The position numbers were made by a program, and so were the translations under genes. The notes under the pieces were generated by a model. It saw only the letters and a list, made by a program, of their open reading frames with translations. It was not told the DNA's origin and did no database searches. From the human T2T-CHM13v2.0 reference genome, Homo sapiens, in NCBI RefSeq assembly GCF_009914755.1, contig NC_060946.1: 64,000 nucleotides of DNA; one strand, 5' to 3'. Shown in pieces: positions 27,722 through 40,606 of this stretch. Numbering within the stretch: the stretch's first letter is position 1; every line of letters starts with the position of its first letter.

Positions 27722-28439
27722 CAGCATCTTCGTCTTTGCCCAAGAAAGCCACCTGGAGAAATGAACAGGCCTTAATAGAGAAGGCTTGCTTTCTCTCTTC
27801 CCAGATTCCCAGGGGCTGAGAAGGAAATAGGCAATCAGCGGGGCTAGAGATGCATCTGCCTTCATCAAATGTGAAATCCAAAACCCATCAACAGCGCTCA
27901 TGAAAGCAAACACCTTTGAACGCTTGATCGGCCCCAAGAACACAGCTTCAAGCTCATGGCAGTGCCAGTCAAATGAGAACTTTCAGCCTCCCCTTTTGTT
28001 CCTCTCCTTCCTCTGTGCATTTCAATTCCTAGAGGAGGCCGAAACTTAGTTTACAAAATGAGGAAAGAAGAGAAGTGCAAAGTGGGAAAGGGAGAAGCTG
28101 CCATCATGCCACCTCTACTCGTGCCTGTAACAGGCCCTAACAGGGAGGAAATGCAATTCATGTTTCAATCAAGCTTACATGTTTGATGGCTGTGTGAGAC
28201 TGGAAGTTGCATGACTAAATTAAGTCTCTTTCTATGATCCAAGACAAACCTGGAAAAGCAAGATCTGCTCACGTTTTTATCCAGGGGCAAAAGAACTAAT
28301 CCAATTGAGTAAATTTAAAGGGGCAGTGGGAAACAAAATTAAGTAGCTGTAAGATGACAGCCCATGAGTCTGCCCAGTTCAACTTAGGTTACATATCCAC
28401 CCAGCCAGATATCCACCCATTCACACATCCACATATATA

Positions 28440-29300
<861 letters not shown>

Positions 29301-30087
29301 TATTTAAATATTATTATTATTATTACAGCATCTAATACTTCTATAGCATTTTTGCTATGATTATGATTATGGCAGCTAATACTTGATAAATGCCTCTTTC
29401 TATTTCTGCTGCTAGCACTGTGGACATGATCATGAGAAAGAGAGACGGAGACTGATTAATTGATTTTGTTAGGCACACATGGCCACGTCTAAACAAGTAG
29501 AACATGACTTTGGCTTCATGTACTACTATTCACATAAATTCTCTTTTCATTTTTCTGACTCAAATTTGAGTCTTTCTTCACCAAAATTTGCCAATTACTT
29601 TGATATAGTTTGTCAATATTATATATGTTCATCTTAAATTTCAGCAAATTGAAAATTAACTTTTTATAATGGAAACTATAGCTGCTATGAAAAATAAAAT
29701 CAGCTTCTATATATTATGTTTAGGAAATCGCCTCGCTCTTTGGGGAAAATATCAAAGGAGATCTTCACTTAGTATTACATACTAAAATAAATTTAAAAGA
29801 GATTAAGAAGTTAAATGTAAAAACTATGACTACAAAAAAAGTAGAAAAAAATCTAGGCATGCGCTTATCTGGTACTTGAATAAGAATGAATTTTTAAGCA
29901 AAACTTAAGAAATCTCAAACTTACCTATTTAATTACATCAAAATATAAGATTTTTGTATACCATAAACAAAAACAAAATTTAAAAGCCAAACAACAGATT
30001 AATAAAATTATAAATATATGCAATAAATTGTTAAAATTCTTAAAGCATAAAGTGCTTATACAAATTAATAAGAAAATACTAAAATTT

Positions 30088-33000
30088 GACTTCTTCCAAT
30101 AATGGTAAAATAAGATCCTACTGGCCCAACCCTCCTCCAGATAATCACGATAAAATCTGGACATAATTATCAAGAGCAGCTATTTGAAAGTACTGTGACC
30201 AGAGCAGGCAAAGTCTTGTGGGTAATCCATGCTAAGAGGAGAACTGTGGGGGTGTGGTATTTTCAATGCTTTCAGCCTCGGATGAGGCACTGCAGCATGA
30301 GGGGTGGCAGGAACATCAGTTAAAAAAAATAATAATAAGTAGCCTTTATGGCCTGGAAAACTAGAAGACTAATCCCAGCCAAAAGAGAGAAAGAAGAAAT
30401 CCTGGAAGAGAAACAGCCAGAGAGGGATCCCCAAATTCTATCTAACTCACCATTCTTACTGGCTCCTGAACCTCTCCTGCTCAGAATATATACTCAAAAT
30501 AGCTTAGCTAAACACAAAAGATCTGAACTGAGATCAGAGCTGCCACCCAAGAAACAGAGTATGCAGTTTGAATCCAACAAGATAACTGACTACTAAAATA
30601 ACAGAAAGAACATTCATTAGAAAAAAATAACTGAATTTAGAGTCTCCACAATTTAACATTCCAAATGTCCAGAATATATTACAAAAATATAGCACATAAG
30701 AACAACCAGAAAAAATTGAACTCATACTAAAGAGAAGTGAAAATCAACTGAGATAACCCAAATATTGGCATTAACATGCAGGATTTTAAAAGCAATGATT
30801 ACAACTATCTTCAGTAAAATAAATAAAAATATTCCCACAATAAATCAAAGGATAGGACATCTCAGCAGAGAAACAGATACAATAAAAAGAACTAATGGAA
30901 ATTCTAGAAAAGAAAAATATACTATTTGAAATAAAAAATTTACTGAATAGACTTAACAAAAGAATAGAGAAGATAGAGAAAAGAGTGAGTGAACTTAAAT
31001 ATAGACCAACTGAACCCAACCAATATGAAGACTACAGAATACACATATATTTATCAAATGAGTAGACTTAAAAACATGTTATATAATACTAGATGGTCTG
31101 ACATATATGTACTTGGAGTCACAGAAGGAGAGGAGAGAGAATGGGACAGAAAAAAATATTTGAAGAAATAAAGGCCAAAATTTTCCCAAGTTTGATTAAA
31201 GATATACATTTACAGATTTAAGATACACAACAAACATCAAGCATGATATACATGAAAAAGGCCTTGCCAAGGTACATCATAGCTACAAAGCTGAAAGTCA
31301 AATTCAAAGGGTAGGTCTCAAATGCAATAAGAGAAAAGTGACTCATTAGGTACAGGAAGATGCCAATTTAAGAGATGACATTTCATTCAAAACAACAGAA
31401 GTGGAAAGATGTGGAACAATGTCATAAAGTGCCAAAAGAAAGCAAAAAGTTACTCGAAGATTTTTAAAAGGTAGAGATTATCAGAATAGATTTCTTTATA
31501 AAACAAGATCCAAATTTATGCAGTCACAAGAGAGACACATTAATGTAAAGACCCGGATAGGCTGAAAGTAAAAGGACACTACCTGGAGCCATGTGATCAA
31601 GGTCAACATCAACAGTGACAAGTCATGTTGACTCTATGTACCTTCAATATGCTGTGATGAGAATGGCACTTTACCTGTATGGTCTTTCTCCCCAGAACAC
31701 ATTACTCCAGTCTAATCAGCCAAATTGCAACTGAGGAACATTCTTTAAAATATTTAACCAGCAATCATCAAAACTTGCAAGGTCATCAAAAAACAAGGAA
31801 ATCTTAAGTAACTGTCATACTCAAGAGGACACTAAGGACACGTGATGATTACTAAGTGCTATGGGGCATCCTAGATGATATCCTGGAACAGAAAATAAAA
31901 ATCATGGGAAAACTGAGGAAATATAAATCAATTACAGACTTTAATAATAACGTATCAATATTAGTTCATTAATTGTGAAAAAGGTACCATACTAATGAAA
32001 GATAATAATAGGAAAACTGGGGCAGAGTATACTGAAATTCTCTGTACTGTCTTTACAATAGTTCTTTAAATTTAAAACTGTCCTAAAATAGTTATTTTAA
32101 AAAAGAATAATGAAGAAATATTATAAATAGCATTATGCCAATACATTTGACAATTAAGATAAAATGGATAACTCAAATACTGGATCAACACACAGGATTT
32201 TAAAAGCAATGTTTATAACTATCCTCAATGAAATAAATAAAAATATGCCCAAAATAAATCGAAAGACAGGAAATCTCAGTAGAGAAAATGGATACAATAA
32301 AAAGAACTAAATGGAAATTCTAGAAGAGAAAAATACTATCTGAAATAAAAAATTTACTGAATAGGCTTAACAAAAGAATGGAGAGGACAGAGAAAAGAGT
32401 GAGTGACTTAAATATTGATCAACTGAACCCAACCAATATGAAGAATACAGAATATACATACATTTATAAAATGAATAGACTTAAAAACATGTTATATAAT
32501 ACTAGATGGTCTGATACATATGTACTTGGAGTCACAGAAAGAGAGGAGAGAAAGAATGGGAAAAACATTTGTTGAAAAACACAAATTACCAAAATGACCC
32601 AAGAAGAAAGAGAAAACTCAAATAATTCTATATTAACTTTCTCAAACTAATTTACGATTTAAAATATTCCCTCAAACTAACTCCAGGCCTAAATGGCTTC
32701 TCAGGTGAATTCTATCAAACATTTAAAGAATATAAATAACACCAGGCAGAAAGCAGAGTTCAGGAAGGAAACATTTCCCAACACATGTCCCAAGGTCACT
32801 GTTACTCTGATCCCAAACTGAGACAAAGATTTTACAAGAAAAGGCAATGTTAGACAAACATCACTCATTTAAAAAGATGAAACAAAATTCTTAACAAAAT
32901 TTAACAAATAGACTCAGGTAACATATGAAAAGTATAATAATGTATTATCACTAAGTGAGGTTTACTCCTAGGATGCAAGGTTGGCTTAACATTTGAAAAT

Positions 33001-35290
33001 CAAGCAATGTAACTTACCATAGTAATAGAATAATGGAGAAAAACTACATGCTCATTAGGATAGACACAGAAAAACCACTTGACAGAATTCAACATACTTG
33101 ATAAACACTTTCAGCAAACAAGTAATAGAAAATTCCTTAAACTAATAAAGGACATCAACAACAGCAACAACAAAAACAATCCATTGCTAATATCACACTC
33201 AATGGTGTAAAATGGAACGCTTTCTACCTAAGATCAGGAATAAAGCAGGAATGTCTAATATCACCATTTCTGTTCAACATTATACTTAACACTCTAGCCA
33301 GTCCTGGCCAGTAAAACTGCCTAGATAGTAAAATTGTCATAGCCAGTAAAATAAGGCTAGAAAACAAAATAAGAGGCATACAGATTGGGAAGAAAGATGC
33401 AAGCTTGCTTTTATTTTTAGGTGACATGACTGTACTTACAAGAAATCTACAACAAAAGGTCTAGAACTAATTAACCAGTGAATTTAATAAAGTCATGATA
33501 TTCAAAGTCAATATACAAACATCAATTGTATTTCTGATTAATAGCCATAAATCGTTGGAAAATGAAATTTTAAAAAATTCCATGTACAGTTTCATCAAAA
33601 AACAAAAACACTTAGGAATAAATTTTAGATATTATATGCAAGATCCGAACATTGTAAACAATAAAACTTTGACTAGGAAAATTAAAGACAATTAAATAAG
33701 TGGAAAGTAGCATGTTTATGGAGTGGAAAACAATATTGTTAAAGTGGCAAATGGCAATACTTTTTAATGTATTTATAATATAAATCCTAGCAGGCTTTCA
33801 AAAACATATACTGACAAACTGATTTTAACATGACTATATAGAAAGACAAAGAACCTAGAATAGTCAAATGATTTTGAAATAGAAAAACAAGTTTGGAGGA
33901 CTCATACAATCTAATTTCAAGACTTAACTCTTTAGCTACAGTAATCAAGAAACCACAGTACTGATGCGAGAATAGACCGACAGAGACTAAGGAATCCAGA
34001 AATATACTCACACTTATATGGTTAGTTAATTTTCAACAAACGTGCAAAGTAATTCATTGGAGAAGGGGCTGCCTTTTCAACAAATGGTGCTGGAACAATT
34101 GGATATCTGTATGGAAACAGAATTAACCTTGACCCTTATCTCACACCATATACAAAAACTAGAAATGAATCCAAATGTAAAAGCTAAAATGACTAAACTT
34201 CTAGTGGAAAACACAGGATTAAATCTTTGTGATACTAGGTTAGGCAAAGATTTCTGAGAATAGACACCCCCAAAATATTACCCATAAAATTTTGTAAATG
34301 GACTGTCTCAAAATTAAAAATGTTTATATTTCAGAAGAAAGAGCTAAGAAAATGAGAGAGCAAGCCACACTGAGGGAAAATATCTGAAAACATATATCTG
34401 ATAAAATGCTTATACTCAGAGTATATAAAGAACTCTTACAAATCAGCAATAGGAAAATAACCTGATAAAAATGGAAAAATGATTTGTACCATTACTTAAC
34501 AAAAGAATATATATGAATGGCCAATAATCACATAAAAAGAGGATCAATATCATTTCATCATCAGGAAAATGCAAATTTAAAACAGACTGAGATACCTCTA
34601 CACACCTCTAGAATGGCTAAAATAAGATGGCAATAGCAAGTGTTGGTGAGAATGTGCCACATCTGGAATTGTTACATACTGCTGGTGGAATTGCAAGATG
34701 GTAGTCACTTTGAAAAACAGTTACATAGTATCACAAATTTAAACATACACTCACCATGCAATCCACCAATTTTACTATTAGACATGTACTCACAAGAAAT
34801 GAAAACATGTCCACACAAAGACTTGTATATGAATGGTCATAGCAGTATCTTCTGTAATTACCCCAAACTGAAAACAACCCATGCATGTGTCTATCAACTG
34901 GTGAGCGTATAAACAAATTGTGATATATCAATACTAAGCAATATGACTCAGCAATGAAAATTAATGGGATGTTGAGATATGCAACAACATGGATCAATCT
35001 TTAAAACATGGTAAGTCAAAGTGGTCAAACACAAAAGACTACCACTGTATGACTCCATTTATGAGAACACTTAGAAAAGGTAAATCTATAGTGACAGTGA
35101 CAGAGAGCAAGTCAATGGTTGCCGGAGGTGGGGGTCACGGGAGGGGATTAATTACACAGGGCAAATGTAAAATTATAGGGCTATGAAGTGTTTTAAATCT
35201 TGACTGCAGTAGTGGTTACATAAACAATTGCGAAACTCAATTAAAATATACACTTAAGAATGAATTTATAATTTATACCTCTATAAAGCT
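30088..35290 (+). mobile_element. Old L1M with 5' region, ORF1, deleted ORF2 and 3'UTR. It sits inside an older L1M (about 29730-30085 and 35310-35920) and contains an L1MC-like 3' piece (about 31580-32100)
   Basis: ORF1-like 30700-31450; ORF2-like text 32570-34900 (ggatgcaaggttggcttaacatttgaaaatc, caaatggtgctggaacaattgg); 3'UTR to tacctctataaagct. Confidence 0.8.
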
Positions 35291-36029
35291 AGGACCAAAA
35301 TTTTTAGACATAGAAAATGGACAAAGGACATAAACAATTGTTTACAGAGGAAGTACAGGAAACTTTCAAATGCAAAAAATATGCAACCTCAATATAAATC
35401 AAGGACATGTAAATCAAAACACAATGAGAAGCTGTGCTTTCGCCTACCAAATCAGCCAGGGTGTTTAAATGGCAGTGTTCAATGCTGGCAAGAAGTATTC
35501 CTGTGAACTTCCAGCTTAAGAATAAATTAACACCTTTCTGAAGTGCATTTTAGCATTACCTAACGTAAACCTTAAAAATCTTCAAACCCTTTGACTTGAG
35601 AGTTAACAAAACATCATGGAGCCATTAAAAATTAATTTCAAAGGTTTCTTTAATGACATGAAAAATGCTCCTGATATAATATTCTATGAGAAAACAGAAT
35701 GTAATCTATACCTCATATGGTCTCAACTATGTTAAGTATGTATGTGACTGTGTGTACATACACGCACAAAAGAAATTCTGGAAGGAAATATATCAAAATA
35801 TTAATAGTAGCTATCTCTGGCTATTACATTTATGGTAGTTCTTTTTTTTCCTTTATAGTTTCCTTTATTGTCCAGTTTCCATGGCTTTTATAATCAGCAT
35901 AAATAAACATAATTTTCAAAAATAAAAAATCAGCAGGTAATTTTGCTAAAAAACACATGAATAACCATCCTTAACCAAAGTCACAAAGATAACAGCTGAT
36001 TATTTTGCTCCTAAAAGTGTCCCAGGGGC

Positions 36030-37420
36030 TCCTTTTATTGTCTCAGGCAGCAAGCAGCTATCCCTCTGGATTCCGACATGGGGAACCAAGTATCATTCCC
36101 AGTCCCTCTTTCCCATCCTATGAATCCAAGTAGAGACATCGTAGCATGTGACTTCACGTACAGAGAGGGCAGAAGAAACATACAGACTTGTCACACTGTT
36201 CCCAAAGAGCCTCTAATCCATTCGACAGATGGATAGTGTCAGAAGAGGCAGCAAAGGGTGACAGAGGCAAAGGGACTGATCATATCGGTCATAGGGACCC
36301 ATGGGAATTCATGGTCTTTTGCCCAGGTCATAGACGCAGAGCCCCTTAACTGAGGGGGACTCTGGATACCTTTGAAGAACACCCTGCAATATAGCCATAG
36401 GTACATGCTGAGTCAGCTTCCCCAGAAAACTGCTGCTTGTTCATGGGCTTTCAGGGTGGCAGAAATGGAGACAGTGTGTTGGTTTGAAAACATGAACTTC
36501 CTGTCACTAAAGCTGAGCTGGCACTGCTCTGCCAAGTATCCAACCGGTCAACAGCAGAGGCCAACACTGAGCCCTCAGCCCAGTCCCTTTCTCTGGGTGG
36601 ACTTTGCAGACAGCTGGTAAAGATTACACTGGATCCCTGCCATCATGGAGGGGGCAAGAGTAAAATTCAAGATTTGTGGGGATTTGTGTACATACACATC
36701 CCAGATTCAAATCGGGCTTCCTTGTCTGAAATGCTTCTGCCCATTACTGTCATTTGTGGAGCCCCGGGATGCTGTATCCATCACCAAGATATCCCATGCA
36801 ATATAGCCTTTATCCAAGGAGCTCATTTGTTGAGTGAAGAAGGTGTGGCAATGGTCTCAGACCCACAAAATTCAATTGTCTTACCACATACCCCATATCA
36901 CCCAGCATAGGTGACATCATAGAATGGTTGAATACTTTGCTGATGACTCCATTACAGAGTTGGCTAAGAGGAAATGTCCTGTGAAGTTAGGGTGCTGTGC
37001 TTCAGGATGCATTATATGCCTTAACCCAGCTGTGGTGGCCCAATAAAGAGAACCCCAAGGACTGAGTTCCCTGAGGAAAGGTGGGTAACTCACCAGGTGA
37101 ACAATGCTGCCCAGCAAAGATGCTGACAGAGAAAGGGAGACATAGAATGGGAAGTGGAGGAAGGGCATTTACAATTATCACTCTAGATCTCATGACTAGC
37201 TACAATTATGTGAGTTTTAGCAGCTCAATTGTATGTGGTTTCTCTTTTTCTATTCCCTCCATTGCCTTATACAAAAAGCACTGGTTAAAAGAACATTTTA
37301 GATTCTGGGTAGAGGCATAACAGGATTGACATCTCCCTGGAATAATATGGCAGCTGGCAGGACTTTGAGTAACTCCTCTTTTGAGAACACAAGGTTTTCA
37401 CCCCTAAAAGGATGCTGAGG
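36030..37420 (+). mobile_element. ERVL internal remnant (pol/integrase)
   Basis: ORF 36674..36910 CCIHHQDIPCNIAFIQGAHL resembles ERVL integrase (..IPHSIASDQGTHF..); downstream tcttaccacataccccatatcaccca corresponds to SYHIPYHP. Confidence 0.7.
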
Positions 37421-37429
37421 CTCGGAGGG

Positions 37430-37910
37430 ATTGACTGCACTGGATATTCTTTGTCTGTTCATCTAGATCCACTTTCTGCTCTTATCAACTCTGCATGACA
37501 CGCAGGTGGGTTGCTTTAACTGGACTCTCATGCTCCTGGCTTTTGGCTGGTTTTGGGCAGTGTGAGGCACCAGCAGAAGGTTGGAAGGTGAGAGTAGAAA
37601 GAAGTGAACTATTTATTCCCTCAGTTCCTGCCCTGCTGGGCAGCAGCTTGGCAATAGTCATGTTCTTCTCCCTAAGACCTCATCCCCTGAGGGCAACCCT
37701 GTCCTCGTTCATTTCAGTAACTGCTCCCTTTCTTGCCCCCTCAGGCCTAGGAGGGATCCTGGCTTCCCCCTGTTCGTATCCCTGAGATGCTTCCTCAACT
37801 ACTGGCCTTACTTGAACCTGCCTTCGCTTGGGTAAAAGATCCTTTAATAAACTCACATCAGTCACTCTTTTTAGTGTGCCATCTGTTTTCTGCCTGGACT
37901 CTGACCAATG
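37430..37910 (+). mobile_element. ERVL LTR (LTR33-like) adjoining the internal remnant
   Basis: ctagatccact...ctggcttttggctggttttgg...tatttattccc...tttaataaactc...gtgtgccatctgttttctgc. Confidence 0.7.
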
Positions 37911-38819
37911 TAATGTTCAAGTTAAGAAGACCATGATAAGCATACAGAATGATTCCATCACCCCCAAGACCTCCCCATGTTTCTCCTCGGGAGTCACACC
38001 CTCGCCTAACCCATAGCCCTGTTAACCACTGATATTTTCTCCTTTTCCAAAATGTCATATAAGTAGAAGAGATCCTAAACACGTGGGTTACCACGGTTTC
38101 AATAATAACTGAAAATATATCCCAGAGTTTTGCTTCTACACTTCATATAATTTAGACTAAATGGCTTATTTTTTCTGTTTGTATAGCTTCTGCCACGCTA
38201 CTATTGTTACCAGCGTGAATGGGAACATTCTTAACAGGAGAATGTGAGTGAAGACCTGCTCACATGATGGAAGGACGATGTATGATCTCCGGCGAATACG
38301 CAAGTTACAAGTTATAGCATTCATTTATTTCATCATCTCAACTCTTCCTTAAACCTCATCATATTTAAACACAGGTTTTATTTTTAACAGATTTATTTTA
38401 TAGGAAAAGCTAGGCAACATTGAAACGCACACCATGTTAGTCAAAGGGTCGAGTTAGCAGTTCAATTAAAGTCTACCCTTTTATTAAGAAAATACTACAC
38501 ACATGCACATACACACACACGGAAAACAGCTTTTTAAAGTCTAAAATATTATTTCGATCTAGATTTTTATGTCTTATTACCAAGCTGTTAGGGTTTAAAA
38601 TTTAAGCCCTAGATATTGTATATTTTAGAAATATCAAGCTCAAAAAGATATGTTTTTTGTACTATCCATTATTAAATTGGATGGTAAGAATAGGCACTCT
38701 CAAATCATTTTGTTAGGCATAAGATTTTAGATTTTATTTTACTTCCTTCTTTACTCTTTCTTGCATTATTTGCTTTTAGGAAAAAAAACCCATAGCGTAT
38801 ATTTAAATTGTACTTCTTA

Positions 38820-39290
38820 AGTTAAAATGCAGTAAGCCTGACTTTTTCTCTTGGTGTACAGTTGTATGAGTTTAACACATGCGTAGATTCATGCAGATTC
38901 CCACACTCGGGAGACAGAATGACAGAACGGTCCCCTCGTGCTGCACCTGTGGAGACTCACCTTCCCTCACTTCCAACCCTGGCAAATCACTGGCCTTTTA
39001 TCCATTCTTATTGTTTTGCCTTTTCCGGAATGTCTTGCAAATAGAATCCTACTGTAGCAACCTTGAGACTGGTTTCTTTCACTTAGCACAATGTCTTTGA
39101 TGAGATTCATCCATGTTGTGCATATCAACATGGCTTATTCCTTTTTATTGATGAGAAATATTTCATTGCATATATTTACCAGTTTGTTTATTAATTCATC
39201 CGCTGAGTTACATTTGAGTTTTTTCCAGTTTCAAGTGATCATGAAGAGAGCTACTATAAATATTTGTGCATGGGTTTTTAAATGAACTCT
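38820..39290 (-). mobile_element. L1M 3' fragment
   Basis: ctttcacttagcacaatgtctttg...agattcatccatgttgtg is reverse L1 3' sequence. Confidence 0.75.
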
Positions 39291-40606
39291 TAAATATTTT
39301 TTAAAATACAAAACATATGAAATTTAATAAAAGATAAATAAAAGAGTCTATCTCAATAAAAGATAGCCTCGTCCTGGTAAATCAACAAAATATGAAACCT
39401 AAATCTGGAAGATGAATGAATGTTTTTTGTGATCCTCTGAGTGCAAAGGTAGATTTGCTGTCTTCTGGTAATACCAGGTTTTCTGACTCCACCACTTTCT
39501 CCCTGGGGCTTGAGAGGGTAGCAAAAGAAAGAGAAACACAGTGCTACCCAGTGGGCCAGGGCAACCCCCAGTACCACTCACTGCACAGCACTATTCCCCT
39601 CCTCTAATTCATTGTTCTTAGTCCAATATTTCATGGTAGAATTCAGCAGATTCTTCCTTCTTAGGAGATGACATTATTAGTCATAAGTCCTCAACAATCA
39701 CCATCTAGACTCAAGAAATAGGTTAAAAACAAATAACTCTGAAAGTATGAGGAACTCAATGTTCTCTGTAAAAATATAAAAGAAAATAAAAAGGCAATTG
39801 GTTGGACCATTGTAGACAGGGCATTGTACAGAAATGCCCATGTACAACAGAAATTTAGATTGATGAAACAGAATAAAAAATACAAATTGGACCAAATTAT
39901 TGATAAGAATTTAATATATGGCAAAACAGACACTAAAAACAATGGAGGAAATAACATATTATTTAATAAATGATGGTGGGAAAATAGATTATCTATTTGG
40001 AAAAATTTTTTTTAATTTGGATACCTGCCTTATATTAGGATAAAGAGTTTTGTTTTAAACAATAAAAAAAAAAAAAAAGCAGAGTCACAGATTTCTTATC
40101 AAGCCTGGGTAAGAATGATGAATTTACGGATCTTAAGCAATAAAAGACATTCAGAAGAAGATGCATGTATTTGATTATGTTAAAATGTAAACTTCAAAAC
40201 AGTGAGGTATCATATAATAAAAGGGAAATAACAGGCTAAGAAAAATAGCTGCAGTACTTATGACAGAAAAGGGTTACCTTTTAATAATTATCTAATTATT
40301 TTAAAATATTAAACAAAGAGGTGACAAAATTAAATTAACCAATGGGGGGGATGTGAAGAGAAGAAGAGACCCAGTCAGTGCCCAGGTACATGGGAAGGTC
40401 CAGCCTCACACACTACGAGAAACAGAAATTAAAACAATCACAAGGCACTACTTTACACCTCATGAGTTATCAATATTTTAAAACAATGTTAATATTCAAT
40501 GCTGGGAAGAATATGAAAGTAGAACACTCACACAATGTTGATGGCAATGTGAATCACTACTCTTTTGAGAGAACAATTTGGCAGTCCTTATAAAAAATAA
40601 TAAAAG

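Noticed and set aside
39340-39680. GC-richer island between L1 fragments as a possible processed pseudogene
   Set aside because: I found no recognisable protein similarity, polyA or TSD, and cannot support it without a search.
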